From Vicugna vicugna (Eukaryota), in NCBI GenBank assembly GCA_013265495.1, contig MU058584.1:186001-250000 (forward strand): a stretch of DNA of 64,000 nt, read 5' to 3'. Shown one piece after another: positions 12,789-27,554 of the stretch; positions within the stretch are counted from its first letter, which is position 1, and the number at the start of each line of letters is the position of its first letter. Made by a program: the position numbers and the translations under genes. Below the pieces are notes generated by a model. It was not told the DNA's origin, made no database searches, and saw only the letters and a program-made list of their open reading frames with translations.

Positions 12789-14829
12789 TGATTTGTGAAT
12801 GACATTAGATTGCTTTCTTTAACCAAGCTTCTTGGATTAACTAAAAGACACTTAAAATGTTCAGTAGATCAGGTGTTTTATACATGCATTAATTTTGAAA
12901 TATTTTTCCATTGTTTTCACAAAATATTATTTTTAAATTCCTGTTCTCTTTTTTAAAAGTTAAAAGATTTATTGTAAAGTTACTTTTAAAATTACTATAT
13001 TTTTAGAGAAAAAATTCATTCTCTTTTATTTATATAGTTGGAAAAGTTAACATCTTTACTGATCTATAGACTTGTTGTCTGGGGCCTTTCTGGTTATACA
13101 TGCTGTGTAAGAAGTCCCTGTTGTGTTCTCTGAGAGTGAATCTATAAGTTAGGTTTTTTTGGAACTCAGAGCAGTTTCCTGTATTTCATAATTGGTGATA
13201 TGATTCCCAGACCAAATCTCAGAAACCTATTTATATTTAATCCAGAATACTAATGAATTTGGCATTGATAGTATTACTGTTGCATTTTGTTCTCCCACTA
13301 GTGCTGAGTATTAAGTAAAATACAAATACTATAATACTTTGAGAGTCTCTGAAGATGTTAAGGCATAGAGTACTTGCTTATACTCTAGAAGGAAAAATAA
13401 AGCAAGCATAAAAATCGCTGTACTCCAAAAAGAAAGCCTCATAAGGAATAGAAGTACTAAAGAAATTTAGTAAAGAAGCAGTTACTCTCAGATGTGTTCT
13501 TCATGGAAAAGAGAAATGGTAGCTGTGTGTTGTAGATGTTGTTGGCTGATTGCTTTCTCTGACACATCATATTAGGCTCTGATAAAAGTGGGGATTGGCT
13601 CTCCTTCTCAGATCCACTTATCTGGTGTAATAGAACTACGGGTAAATGTTCTGTCTAGTAATGAGAACCTCATAGCTTAATGAGTAAGGTGAAAATAAAA
13701 AGCCCTTTGAACTAACCTGCTGTTGAACTAGTCTACATTCTGATTGATGATTATGAGTAAGTCACCAAAAAACAATTACAAAACAACATTGGGATTCTAG
13801 ATAAATTCCAAAAAAATTTAGTCTTAGAGAAGAAATATTAGATATTCATTATGTGTTTTAAGACCATGGAGGAGTATGGAATTCCAATTAGCTGTATACA
13901 GACAGCTTATTTGAAATGCTTAGGAGGCAACTTTATAGACATAAAACTTCTTTGTTAAAGCATGTAAGAATTATGACATTTTCTCAGTCTTTACGAAGAC
14001 ATTTAGAACATTTGGGGGGAAAAAACCCATTGAGAACTTATCTTCCTTCAATAAAGGCACACTTCTGAAGCTTTCATGGAGCAATCATATTACTACTTCA
14101 AGGGGGACAGTATATTCCAAAGTGTATTATATTATATTCTGAAGAATGCATTTCAGAAATATTATTTATTCTTATTCTATTGGTACCTGGGTTTCTCTAC
14201 TTGAACCATAATAGATTTAAAGTCTGATCAGCTTATGCCCAGAAAGACTATTGTCTAAGCTTCAACAAGGCAAAATTCACTGAATTTTGTTGTTCTGATC
14301 TTGAGTTCTTCTGCAAGAGAATGCCTGGTTTTATTTTATAACAGTGAGCTATCTGTTCGTATTAAGCCAAGAACAATAAGATGCTGTTTGACTCTGGTTA
14401 TTTTAACCAGGGGACCTGATTTTTGAAAATGAGCCTTTTCATGGATTTGAAAAATACAATAATTGGAGGATCATTTCCCTTTTACTCTGGTTTGGATTTC
14501 CTTATAAATAAATTTTGTTTTGTTTTCCTTTTTAGGATGTAGTAAACTATTAGAAAAGTTAAGACTCAAACTCAAGAAATAGTGAGAGTATATACCATGT
14601 GTCAAATATTGTGCCGCATCCTCAGCCTCTTTTCTGAACAGTCCCTTCACCTTCTTGCTCTCAGTGAGGATACTTCTCAAATCAGAGCCTGATTTTATTT
14701 CCCCTCCGCATATACCTCTGAGCCTACAGGTGGGGTAGGTAGTATCCTTCCTCCCCGCTACAACTTGTGAATCATCTCTCCTTCTTTCTTCTTCAGTCCC
14801 CTTAACATCTTTCAAGTTTATAACACCAG

Positions 14830-16340
14830 ACTGTACTCCTCTTGCCCGTGTTTGTTGCTGTCTTCTACCCCACCTTTACTGATGAGTCTGCACCACTGCT
14901 CTTGGCACCTTTGTGTATAACTTCAGCATGCTCACAGAGGATTCATCCAGCACTCTGGCCTCTTTTGATCCAGTCATCTTTTAATCTGCACCACCTCAGT
15001 CTCCCCTCCACACGGTCATCCTCTAGACTTCATCATCATCCATAAGAGCACTCCCTTTGAAATCTCCTCTTCAAGCATCCCGCTCTGTACTTACTCTCCT
15101 GCTGTAATACCCACACTCCAGCTACTCTCTGACCTCACAGATCTCCAGTTCTCTGACCCTATCACTTCTTCTGCGTCTATTACATCCATAATAGCCATAC
15201 AACCCCCTCTTTCCCAGTCTACATTCCATGTGCCATACTGTCACCACTCTCCTGCAACACCCCCTCCCTGGCCCTTTTTTTCTTAGGTCCCACTTGTTTG
15301 CAAAAATACCACCCTAGTTAAACTCAGCTATCTATCCTCTTTATGCCTGCTCTCAAGCAGTTGAAAATTGCTACAAAAAGCATCCAGTCAGGCCAAGTAG
15401 ATTCACTTCGAATTTATGACCATTAATGCCAAAGGGATATTCAGTACGGCCTGCCATTGCTAGTAAATACACTTGCCTTCTCTCTGAAACAAGAATTTCT
15501 AACCTTCTCAAATCTCCAACATCCCCTCCCCAACCCTCTCAGCTGTGAACTCACCAAGTAGCTACACCGAGAAAATCGGTGTAATCAAATAAGAGCTACC
15601 TCGTCTTTCCACTACCAGCAGCCTGGCTGCATCTGCATCCGCAAACTCTGCCTTCCTTCTTATTGCCCTGGAGAAAAGTCTCTTCCATTGAGTTCTAAAT
15701 CCCAACTTTGCTACTTACTAGATAGGTATAGTTGGGTTAGGCAAGCTAATTAACTTCTGTGCCTCAGCTTCCTGTAAAAGGACATTATTAGTAATATCTT
15801 CCTCTTAGAGTTGTGTGAGAGTTAAATGAGCAAAAATGCTTTAAATATTGTCTTGCTGTTTTCAGTTTAGTCACTATGTTACCACCTTTGTCATTGTCAT
15901 TGTCATTGTCATCATCACCATTATCTAAGGTGACTTCTAATTTTTACACCCTGCACCCCAGTCCTTCTCATAGTTTCAGACACTTTGTGCCTGCATTTTT
16001 AACCTACCTTTCCGTCCTCCATGATCAGTTGTTTATCTGCTAGATCATTCCCATCAACATACAAAATGTTTTAATATTATTTTTGGTGTAGAGAGACTCT
16101 TTTAACTCCATGTTCTATTTCTCTGCTACCCTTCATAGCAAAATTCTTGAAAGAGTTACTTGTACTCTTTGCCTTCATTTGCTTATCTCCCACTCTCTTC
16201 TCTGCCCACTTTTACCTGGCTTTTGCCTTTTACTCTACTGAAATGCTCTTGCAAAAGGGTCTTTCCAAAGCTAAAGGTCATGTCTCCATTCTCATCTTAC
16301 CTGACTTCTCAGCAGTATATGACGTGGTTGACTTCCTTCT
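14830..16340 (+). mobile_element. LINE-2 fragment, interrupted by a MIR
   Basis: C/T-rich degenerate L2 ORF2-type text (catcttacctgacttctcagcagtatatgacgtggttgac). It resumes near 17600 after nested L1s. Approximate. Confidence 0.6.
15690..15845 (+). mobile_element. MIR SINE
   Basis: MIR core: caagctaattaacttctgtgcctcagcttcctgtaaaa...gttgtgtgagagttaaatgag. Confidence 0.75.
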
Positions 16341-16349
16341 TTTTTTTCA

Positions 16350-16800
16350 GTGCTCCAATTTTTATTTTTAAAAATTTCAAGTTACAGGAAAGTTGAAAGA
16401 TGAGCATAGTGAGTATATGGAGACCTTTTACCTAGATTTCACCAGTTGTTAACATTTTCCCGCATTTGCTTCATCTTTATTTATCTGTCTACACTTATGT
16501 GTGTTTTTTTCCTAAACCATTGGAGAGTTAGTGGTGGACATGTTGACACTTTACCCCTAAATACTTGATGATGCGTCTCCTAAGAAAGGGGTATTCTCCT
16601 ACATAAGCACAGTAAAAATGACCACACTTTGAAAAAGTTTGACATTGATACAATACAGTTTAATATATAATCCATATTCAAATTTCCACATTTGACCCAA
16701 AATATTCTTTGTAGCTTTGGGGGAGAGGGATTCAGAATTCAGTCAAAGATTGTACACTGGATCTACTTGTCACACCTTTTTAGTCTCCTTGCATTTAAAA
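16350..16800 (-). mobile_element. Old L1 3' end (L1MC-like)
   Basis: aaaatttcaagttacaggaaagttgaaaga...ccttttacctagatttcaccagttgttaacatttt. Approximate. Confidence 0.7.
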
Positions 16801-16821
16801 TAGGTCCTTTGCCATTTTTTA

Positions 16822-17319
16822 AACCATTTTTAAAAATTGAAGTATACTTAATTTACAATGTTATGTTAATTTCAGGTGTACAGCAAAGTGATTCAGTTTA
16901 TACAGATACAGACATAGATTCTTTTTCAGATTCTTTTCCATTATAGGTTATTATAAGATATTGAATAAAATTCCCTGTGCTATACAGTAGGTCCTTGTTG
17001 TTTATCTGTCTTATATATAGTAGAATGTATATGTTAATCCCCAAACCTTAATTTATCCCTCTCCCCCACACCTGCTCTGGCTTTCCTCTTTGGTAACCGT
17101 AAGTTTGTTTTCCATGTTTATGTGTCTATTTCTGTTTTTATAAATAATTTAATTTGTGTCTTTTTTTAGATTCCACATGTAAGTAATATATGATATTTGT
17201 CTTTCTTTGTCTAACTTACTTCACTTAATATGATCATCTTTAGGTCCATCCATGTTGCTGACAATGGCATGGTTTCATTCTTTTTATGACTGAATAATAT
17301 TCCATTGTGTGTGTCTATC

Positions 17320-17350
<31 letters not shown>

Positions 17351-17405
17351 CTCACATCTTCTTTATCTATTCATCTGTCAATGGTCATTTAGGTTTCTTC
17401 CATGT
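16822..17405 (-). mobile_element. 5'-truncated L1 3' end (same family as 3947-4200)
   Basis: attgaagtatacttaatttacaatg...ttccctgtgctatacagtaggtccttgttg...gattccacat...ggtccatccatgttgctg. Degenerate TSD gtcctttgccattttt / gtcctctgcccttttt. Confidence 0.9.
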
Positions 17406-17444
17406 CCTCTGCCCTTTTTAAATTGTTTTTCATGACATACATTT

Positions 17445-17590
17445 TTTAGAAATCAGATTTATTGAGGTATAATATACATACGTACAATTTAATGAGTTTT
17501 GACAAATGCAAACAGTTGTGAAACCACCACTTCAATCAACATTTTCATTAATTCAAAAAGTTTCCTTGTGCTGCTTTACAATCAGTCTCT
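17445..17590 (-). mobile_element. Old L1 3'-terminal fragment (L1ME/MD-like)
   Basis: tttattgaggtataatatacata...aatgagttttgacaaatgca...aaccaccac. Confidence 0.6.
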
Positions 17591-17829
17591 TCAGGTGCAT
17601 TTTTGATATTCCCTCTTTTTTGAAACACTTTATTTGGCAGGCTTTCATGATACCATGGCTTGTCTAATTTTCCTCCTATATCTCCTTCTCAGTCAGCTTA
17701 GCCAACTTCTCCTCCACTGTGAGGACAGGAATCTTATTTGTTATGTTTACCATTTATAACCATTTCCTCGGTACCTGGAACAATGTCTGGCACAGGAAAC
17801 ATTGTAAGATGTTCACCTCTGTTAATTTA

Positions 17830-17945
17830 TGTAATGCTCAGCTAACAGGTCAGTGTTATCTTCATTTTGTAGATGAAGACCTTGAAGCTCAAGAAAGTAA
17901 TTTGTACCATTTATACAACTACTACATAACAGAGGCTAGGATTTA
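17830..17945 (-). mobile_element. MIR fragment
   Basis: ttatcttcattttgtagatgaagaccttgaagctcaagaaagtaatttg. Confidence 0.55.
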
Positions 17946-20834
17946 AATACATTCTATAAAATATTTTAGATTAATTATTATATGGTTAATTAAATATTTT
18001 GGTATTATAGATAATGCAAATATTAAAAATATTTGGACTCCAGAACTTAAGATAGGTTTTTATACCACTTTGTCCCTATGGTAAAAGATTAGGCACATTT
18101 ATTGAGACCAATATGGTATAATTCAATGTAATATAATGTTTTGGATTTGATAGGCACATGTTTGTTGAATTACAGAATAAGGTAAATGTTTTTTGGTCAT
18201 TACTTTGTTTGGTCACCTGAAATATTTTACTATTTTAACTATTTACATGATTAAAAACAGTTGGCAAGCACAGTTTAGTCTAATCTTTTCAAATGTAAAA
18301 TAATTAAAATGTGTACTAGGTTACCTTTCTACCACACTAGTTGAGGTTTGGAATTTATAGTAAAGAGTGAATTGAAATTATTAACCTCCTTTTCAATAAC
18401 TATTTTACAAAGGAAAATATATGCAAAAAATTGACCTATAGAACTCTCCAAGATCCAGAGATAGATTCCTTTGGCTTATTAGGCAATGAATTTGACAAGT
18501 AGTACTATAATTGTATCACTTATAATCCAAAAAGTGTAAGTTACATAGGCACAAAAAAGTTTGAGTATTTGTTTATTGAAGAAACAGAGACATTGTGAGG
18601 ATATCTCTTAATTAAAAAAGAAAAAGTTTTTCATCCTGAGCAATATAAGGACTTGAGAAAACTGAATAAAATATATTTTCTGCCATTTCTGAATTCGAAA
18701 GTTACATGTAACTTGGAAAGAAAAACAAGTTGTAGGTTGGATCTGTCTCTCTGACTTAAGTGGAACCTGTAGAATTTTGGAGAGAGTTGTAGGGGACATA
18801 AAGTCAGATTTTATTGAGCAACTGGTTTTTGTAGTACCCTGGGTAAGGATATTTGGGAAAAGGAATTTGATTTTCCAATTTTAGCAAAGTAAATTAGATT
18901 CCCAGGTCAATGTCTGGTCTTGAACTATAAAGTATAAAAATTCTTTGTGGTTTAGAGCTGTAGAAAAAAAAGTCTGTATAAGAAATAGCTGAAGAGAGTG
19001 AGAAATGGGCATGAAATTAATGCCATTTAGAAAATACTTATCATTTCATGTTCCCCATGCACATTGTAATTAATTGCTCATTTTGAATTAATCTTTATTG
19101 ATTTAATTTTTTGTCTCGTAAGAGAGTTGAAAACCGGTTAGTGAAGCTGTAAGAAAGTCTTTTTTTTTTGTCTGAGGAAGTCTTCACATCAAAGATTATT
19201 GAAGTAAAATAAAACTGTAGGTATGCTTCAAAAAAAGCTTTAAAAAAGTGATTGCAGATGGATGGCAGAGCAGTTGATAATAAATTAAAAGCTATTGCTA
19301 TTTAAAAAAATATTCTGGAAGGTCTCCTTGTACCTTGTCAACATTTCCTGCTTTTAAATTATTTCCACTTATCTTGTGGTAAAACTGCTCATTTCCTTTC
19401 TTTTGCTCTTGACAAATAATTCAACAAAATAGAACACAGAATAGATTTGTTTTTAATGGTAACTACTTTATTAGACATCTTTCATCAGGGAATGAATACA
19501 TCCATTAGCAGATACATTTCATAATTTGACCAACACTTTTGTTGATTTGGTTTTACTGTTCTCTTTCCCTCTGAATGCCATGTACCTAAGTTAGTGTGGT
19601 ACATGAGTAGTAAAAATAAAGCTGTAACTATGTTTCTACCCTGTCATTATTAAGGGTCCAAGTAGGTGAACAAATGACCACAAGGCTAAACTGTGATTAT
19701 ATTTAATCTCAAAGTAATTTCCAGGTAAAAAAAAATTTTAAATAAGTTACTAGCAGTGAAATAACCTTCCTAGTTGGAGAGGATATAATAGAAGGACAGA
19801 AAGCAAACCAACCAAATAAATGGGTTGGTTTTATTAATAAGAGAATGTTGATACAACTGCTTTTGATGATCACAGTTTCATAGAAGTACTATCCCAAAGA
19901 AAATATATGTGTAAACTGTCCTATTTTAGACATGTTCTGCTCAAGCAGGCTGGTTGCCCAAGAGAGTTGTGCCTGAAAGTTCTGCCTTTTCTTCCTATAA
20001 ACTCATTTCTCCTTGAAGGCCTGCAGGTTTTACCTATTTTTTTAAACGTATTTACAGCCTTGCACATTCATTGCATTTCATTCCATTTCAGTGCTATATA
20101 ATTATATCCGGTTGAGTGAATGGAGTCTTCTCTTATAACCATGTTTTAATTTTTTAGATGCATAATCAGATAGTTCTCTGACTTTTGATTCACTATTAAA
20201 AAACCAACAGTAAAATTCCCATACTAAGAATTTCTACTGAGAAAAGGAGAAAAATCACACTATTCACCTGAAAAAAAAGTTTTTCTCTCTCAAAATGTAT
20301 ACAGATCTATTAATTATATATACAATAACTGACAAGTAAAATTATGAGTATCAGCGTTTACCATACTAACTATGATAAGCAATGCCTTTGTAAAGATCTA
20401 AATTTACATTTTGAGCCACTGGATGTAGTTGGCAGTTTTCTAGTGAAAAGAGAATCACCTAATGGAGACAGAGTATGACTCAAATTGTTTTTAAAATTTG
20501 GTTCAATTCCTTAGGTCCCTTTTTAGCTCACAGCCTCCATTGATGCTAAGTTACCAGCTATGTCTAGACCAACAGTGATGATTTAGATCTGTTCTAAACC
20601 AGAAGCAATATGCTGACTAAGATTTTTAAAGAGAGATCAATTAAGTACTAGGTAGTTATAAATCCCAATGCCTATGTTATGGGATCAAAAATTAGAAGAA
20701 TATGATAGATAATAAAATCTTGGTGACTAACATCTTTTGGTGCCTTGGAAGATAAAACTTGACCTGGACTGTAAAGGAAACTTAGAAAATAAGGATGAGG
20801 AGAGTGTAAGATTTTTTCTTATATAAAAATTGCC

Positions 20835-21290
20835 TTCATCTACCAGTAACAGGAAACCTAATTAGGCACTGGCTTAAAAGAATTGCATTTTTTTTCTTGT
20901 ATATTGAGAAGTCCACAACAGTGAAAATTCAGTTGTTGGTATTGATACAACAATGTAACGATGCTAGTACTTAGGTTGCTGCAATTGTTTTGGCCTTTCC
21001 CAGATGCTCTCAAAGTGTCTGTTGCAGCTCAAGCCATTATATCTGTATTTCAGACAAGAAAAAGGAGGAACGTATGGCATCTATCAGGAAAGCACATTTT
21101 CCAGAAATTTCTAGCAGACTTTTGCTTATGTCTCATTTGATATAGACTGTGTCACGTGCTTATGCCTAGCTTTAATGGAGGCTCAGAGATGTAATGTTTT
21201 AATTAGGCATATTGTGATCTGAAAAAAATGTGGACTTCTCTTGGTATTGAAATAATGGATATTGGGTGGAGAGCTTAGCAGCTGCTTGCT
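20835..21290 (-). mobile_element. MaLR LTR remnant (MLT1J-like)
   Basis: cagtaacaggaaacc...ctggcttaaaa...tttccagaaa...cagacttttgcttatgtctcatt...tgtcacgtg. Approximate. Confidence 0.6.
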
Positions 21291-23584
21291 GCAGCACTCT
21301 GTCATGTGCTACGATGTGCTACTGGGAATAAACAGTAAAAGAGGAGATTCATGTTGAAGAGAGATGAAAAATAAGTGCTTACCGCATGGGATGCAGCTAT
21401 GTGATTTAGGCCATTGATGAGTTAAGGAAGTGACTTTAAGCTGTCAAACAACAAAAATAATACTATGAAAGTTCTATTAGGAGACTGTTCATCTGGCTGA
21501 GGTCTGTAAATATAAAAATATTAAGAGAGAAGATGAGCTGGAAGGAAGGGTAGGGTGAATTGAAGCTGCAAAGATGATGAGCTAGGAGACATTGCAGCCA
21601 TCTTGGGGTGAGGTCATTAAAGGCCTGGAATGGAGAGAAAGGAACAAATTTCAAAGGAAAAATCTATAGTGCTTGGCAATTGAAGGAGGAAAAAGTAAAA
21701 GCTCATTCCATGATTTTGAAATACACAGCTGTCCTATAGCTGTTTCTTGCCACCCTCATTTCTTCTGGTTGACTTTCTTTCCCTTTTTGTTTCTTGAAGT
21801 CATCAGAGTATCCATTTTTAAGTCCTTCCAAACCATTAGGTTATCTCCACTTATCATAGCCTTTTCTAAATACTCTGCTACAAAGTAAATCTGAAAATAA
21901 ATAGACTTTTAAAATAGAAAAAAACAAGATTAATGATATATCTGCCTTTCTGTACTTAGAATACTTATCACTTTGTGGAGAATGATTATTGCTTTGATTT
22001 ATTGGCAGTTGCACAGATAATTTTTTTCTATGAGTACTTTGTCTTTTTTGTATGTGATTTCCTAATCAACCATTTAATCTATAGGAACTTTCACAAAACT
22101 CCAGAGGTTTAAATTAGACCAGCTTGCACTGCATCTTCTAGGACATGACAGTTTCCTTGACCCAAAGGAGCTAACTGCCAAGCCCATTGTACCTAACTGA
22201 CCTTCAGAGCCCCATTAGCTCCAGTGAGATCACTTTCACTCTTTCTCCCTTGTGGCAAAAATCTGTTTCTACTTAAACAGATGGTTTAGCTTTCAACTAA
22301 TAAATACTACAGATCATCATTTATTTAAGCCAACAATATTGGTTTGAACCTCCTACTAACTGTCCAAAATCTGAATTACTATTTTTTTTATACACATTGA
22401 ACTCCCCAGAATGGATTTATCTTTTTACCGGAAAATCAGGAACCTTGTAGTGTGTGAGAAGACTGAGCCATTTCACATAATCTCAAGTTTCTGTTTTTCA
22501 GAAGAACTGCTTAACAAGCACAGGTTCCACTCCTCTGTGTATTCTCTTTTGCAGTGATTCCAATTGGAAACCCTAGGCATCTTTCTATGGAGTTTTACAT
22601 AGTTCTTTCAGCACTTACATGATAAATTCTTTGATATTTAAGACATAAGCTGAGGACAGGGTGATAGGCCAGCATCATCTCAGGGATATACATGTCAAAG
22701 ATGTAATTTTTGTTCACATTATGAAATACCACTCCTCTTGGGCTTTTACAAATAAAGATCAGAGAGTCCTAAGAAATCTATATTTTATTTTTCTGAATCC
22801 AGAATCTTGAAATTGAAAATATGGACTCAGATAGTTAATTGGAGAGAACTTTTGCTTTGGGGATCTTGAGTACATCAGGCAAGAATTGCCTTTGAACTCA
22901 ACTAAATATTCATAGAGATATTTTCCTCCAGGTTTATTACAGATTTTACAGAAACAAATGCATGCCTTAAGCATAAGATTTAGATTAAATAGTAAGACAA
23001 ATGTAAACTATAAAATAATTTGTTGCTGGGAATGGAGTTGTTAGGAAGGCCATATAGTTAGCCTCTTTGAAGATATCTAAAGCCCATCTCTTCATTTTTA
23101 TTCTACTTACTATATGGGAGAGAGCCTTGTGGGAAATATGACCTACTTGGCATTGTTACAGTATAGATTAGGACAAACAAAGACTCATTAATATTCTTGT
23201 ATTCAAGCCATAAAATATCAGGGTTTAAAAGGCTTTAGTACAAAGCTATCCCCACTAACTCCCTTCCAATGTTTGGATTCCCTTCTGCAATGCTTTGCTC
23301 AGTGGCCATCCAGTTTGGATATAGTCACCTTGTGGGATGAAAACTGCCTGATTTAAATAGCTCTGGCAATTTGTAAATTGTTCCTTTTCTGTCTGTTCCT
23401 TACTCTACCGATAAACCCACAAGATTATATATAAGTGTTTCTTCTACATGATGGGCCTTCAGTTATTTATATACTATATATCCTCTAAGTCTTCACATAC
23501 CAAGGCCTTCCAGTTTTCAAAAACCATTCTTCTTGTGACCTGGGTTCAAAGTGCCTCAATTCTTCTGAATGGGCTCTGCATTCT

Positions 23585-23883
23585 CCACCTCTCTCAAAGA
23601 CTCACTGTTGGTAGAAGGCTTCAGCTTCTTACTATGTTGGCCTCTCCCTGGGGCTTCCTCCAGAGCAGCTCATCCCTGAGAGCGTGAAAAAGTGAATGAG
23701 TGAGAGAGCTCCCAAGAGAGAAGTCAGTCTCTTAAACCTCATCAGGGAAGTGCCATCCCACCAGTTCTGCTGCGTGCTGCTGTTCACCTAGCCTGACCAT
23801 GGTTCTCTGTAGCAGGGAGACACAAGAGTATGAATACCAGGAGTGGGGATCATTGGAGAATATATTGGGGCTGCCTACCACAC
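23585..23883 (-). mobile_element. Partial MaLR LTR (MLT1F/G-like)
   Basis: Ends gtatgaataccaggagtggggatcattggag...ggctgcctaccaca, an LTR terminus resembling that of 30962-31536. Confidence 0.75.
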
Positions 23884-24994
23884 TGGCTTATGACAGTGTA
23901 TAAAGAGTAAGCCTAGAAGACAGGTTTCATGGTTTGTGGAGATGAGAGGACAGAATACTTCACATAAAAACTCTCCTATTAGTCGTTTCTCCTAGCTTCC
24001 TGCCACCTAGAGCAGGGAAAGGAAGCATCTGTTTGAAATGTAATACAGGACCCCACTGAAAATATTAAAGAATGGTTACTTTGCAATCATCCCTAGTTTT
24101 ATACTACAAGATAATAATTTGGTTCTACATTTGTTTATAGTCTAATATAATTGCAGTTCAGATTTAGATATTCAGTGCATAGCACTATGCTAAGTAATGT
24201 ATAAATTTCAAAAGAATTCTAAGATGTGCTTTATGCCTTCAGAGAACTAATAATCTTACTGGGAAGCAGAATAGATTTAGATCATAGAGAATCTCAGAAC
24301 TGGAAGAAAACTTTGGGACAGTCTAGCACAACAGCTTCACCATACAGGTAAGAAAACAGGTTGGGGGAGCAAATAGCTGATCCAGCTGAGCTACTCGTGG
24401 AGCTATGAGCAGAGCCGGGATCTTCAGGCCCCCAGGCACAGAACTTGAGTTAAATGTGAAAGGTGATTTATTTATACTACCAAGGATGTTCTTTGAGAAC
24501 ATAAACCATTTTTATATTTGAAGCAAAATGACTTAGCATGTGACATGAGGAAAGAAAAGTGAGACATAAATATCTTAGAAGACATTTTTTTCTTCTCAAA
24601 AGACCCACTCACTCTGTCACGGATTACTGTATGACTTTAAGCTAAGTTATAGTACACTAGTAAAACCTAAGAATATAATTAGCAGTGTCACATACCTTAC
24701 AGTTTTTTGAAGCAGGGACCACCATAATTGACAGTGAGATGTTTTTATAAATTATTCCATATTAAAGTGATAATATCCAGGTTTAAATAAAGTAAGAATT
24801 ATGGTATAAATAATGAGTAAAAATAGTATGTAAGTATGAACTACACTGTTAGAATAATGAGAGGTTGAAAATAAATTAAGCATATACAAGATTTATTCAG
24901 CATATTTCACAGCTTAAAATATTTTAGAAATCCACCCCCCACACAGATTTTCCTGTGTTGCTAGATAAAGTTACAAATGCAGGATTAGTTCCTC

Positions 24995-25180
24995 CCTTTT
25001 TTGGAGCGTCCACCATGTATATTAAGCATATTTCTGGTTAATTGCATTTGGTCTTCACAGAGTCTCCATGGTGTACTTTTTTATCCCCATTTTACAGTTG
25101 AAGTGGCTGAGAAATTAAGAGAACCATAACTGAATTTTCTGAATAATCCTTCGCAGTTAGTTTTCTTTAGCCCAAGCTCT
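24995..25180 (-). mobile_element. MIR fragment
   Basis: ttatccccattttacagttgaagtggctgaga. Confidence 0.55.
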
Positions 25181-25849
25181 GGCCCTCTAATAGTATCTTC
25201 AACCTTTCCTTTAATTAGTTTGTGACTAAGTGAAAACAGTAGAACTAAATGCCAGTTTATGTTACCATAATTTTAGAGAAACAGCTACTGTGTTTATGTC
25301 CCAGTCATCCATAAATATTTAATATTAAGCACATAATTTGGCATGGTGGCCAACTAAAAGATGAAATATTTATATTCATAAGATAGACATGCTCACAAAC
25401 TAGTTCCCTGGAATTTCCATGATAAGCCAGAAAGACTTTTTCACTAGTATATTAAAATATGAAGAAACAAATTGGGAAACTGTAAGCTCTAGCTTTCTTG
25501 GCATCATAAGTTTACCTAATTAAAGCACTTTTTAAATAAACTCACTCCATCTAAATTTAGCAGACATTGATTTCAAAGTTTGCTTGCTTTTTCCACGGCA
25601 CTGAAACGTACAAAAGTCTTTTTTTGTTTACATTTTCTAGTAAGTAAATGTTAGTCATTTCCCTGTCCTAGCATGTCCCAGACCAACAGATCAGTTCTAC
25701 GTTCAAAATAAAACATGTCATTTAATAGCAAAAATAACCAGTCTGTCTTCTTACTAATGAATTTATTGTCTGCATCACTATAGATATGAGCATGTATCTT
25801 CCCAAGGAAACAGGCTTGTACTCAGATTAAGATAGTAAGTTCCATTACT

Positions 25850-26407
25850 TGTAACTACCGGTTTATTAAAAGATATGATAACGGGCACTGGTGAGCAGCC
25901 AGATGGAGTGATCCATAGGGCGAGGTCTGTGAGGGTCGCAGCACAGGAATTTCTGTCCCTGTGGAATTGGGGTGCATCACGCTCCCAATGCATGGATGTG
26001 TTCACCAATTGAAAGCTCTCCTAACCTTGTACTGTTGGGATTTTTATGGCATCTTCATCACATAGGCATGATCAATCATTAACTCCATTTTCAGCCCTTT
26101 TCCCTTCTCAAGAGAATTGAGGAGGCAGGGCTGAAAATTCCAAGCTGCTTATCATGGCTTGGTCTTTCTGGTGACCAGCCCTCATCTAGAAACTCACCCA
26201 GAATGGCCCCATTAGGACAAAAGTCACCCAGGAAATTACAAAAGTTTCAGGAGCTTTGTGTCAGGAGCCAAGGTCAAAGACCAAATCTTAGAACAAATGA
26301 TGTTCTTAGTGTGCTTATCACTTAAGAAATTGCAAAGGTTTCCAGAGTTCTGTGCCAGAAACCAGGGGCAGAGACCAATATATATTGGTCTATTCTATTA
26401 TTTCACA
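25850..26407 (-). mobile_element. ERVL-class LTR fragment (MER21-like)
   Basis: gagcagccagatgga...catggatgtgttcacca...ggctgaaaattccaa...catggcttggtctttctggtgaccagcc...tattatttcaca terminus. Confidence 0.75.
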
Positions 26408-27554
26408 GGAACTTAAAGTTACATAGTGAGAGGTTAAGTTCTGCCTCATGAGATAGGAGATGCTGTAAATCTACAAAGCTAGCTAGATGCTAAGTGACTA
26501 AAAATTTCTATCAACTACGTTTTGAATAATCAGAGAAGGTTAAATACAGGAGGTGAGAAGAAGGAAACAACCAAAGGAGAAAAATGGTGAATTTTGCCTT
26601 ACTTCATGTCACTGAAAGAGAAAAAAAAATCTTTTTTCCTAAACCTTTTGATGAAATTCAGTTAGTGGAAGACTAGGTGATAACTGATATTCTCAGAAGT
26701 TAATAAGGTCTTAAAGAGTGTAACTCCACTTGAGGCCCATTATCTCTTTGTAGATATAGGGACTGTCATCTCTCTAGAAAGGGTTAGTCTCAGCATAATA
26801 CTCAGGAAAAACAACCCCCAGAGTCAAAGCTCTTAGTTCTCACCCTGCTCAGCCTTTAACCAGATGAGACCCATGAGCAAGTAGTTCAGTTTAATACCCT
26901 CATCTGTAACATAAGAAGGTTGAGGTAGGTGATCTTTAAAATTCTATAACTTCTACATAATAGGCTAATGATAACTAATATCTTTATTTAAATGGATTGT
27001 GTATTTTAGAAAGCAAATAAATCATGAGCTTATTTTTTTGATGATGATAAATTTTCGTGAACTCAAATAATTAGGTCTTCAACTCCCACTTAGTTTTTTA
27101 TTTGTTTCTTTTTAAAACAACGGTATTTTCCCACACAGTACAGCTTAGACATTCAAGTTGCAGCAGGGGAAATACTCATTGAATTTGTCATCATTATTTT
27201 TGGCTTCTATTTTTATTACAGCCTCTTTGGTTTCCTAGTTTCAGTAATCTATTTCTCAAATAGACCTGATTTAACATTTGAGGATTAAATTGCATTTATG
27301 ATAATGATTTAGAATGTTACCATTGCTTCTTTAAAAAATAGTTTTGTCTCAATATGAAATACAAGATTTTTCACATTTATTATAAAGTGGAGGATTTTGG
27401 AGACATAAATCCACTGGTCACTAGTCAGCTATTTTCCTTTTTTTATTCAGTTGATTTCAATTGATTTAATGATGGAAATGGTAGCAAATTGTGCATTTAA
27501 AATAAAGTGAATCAACTGAATAAATGCTAAATTGTTTTCCATAGCAGCTGTGCC

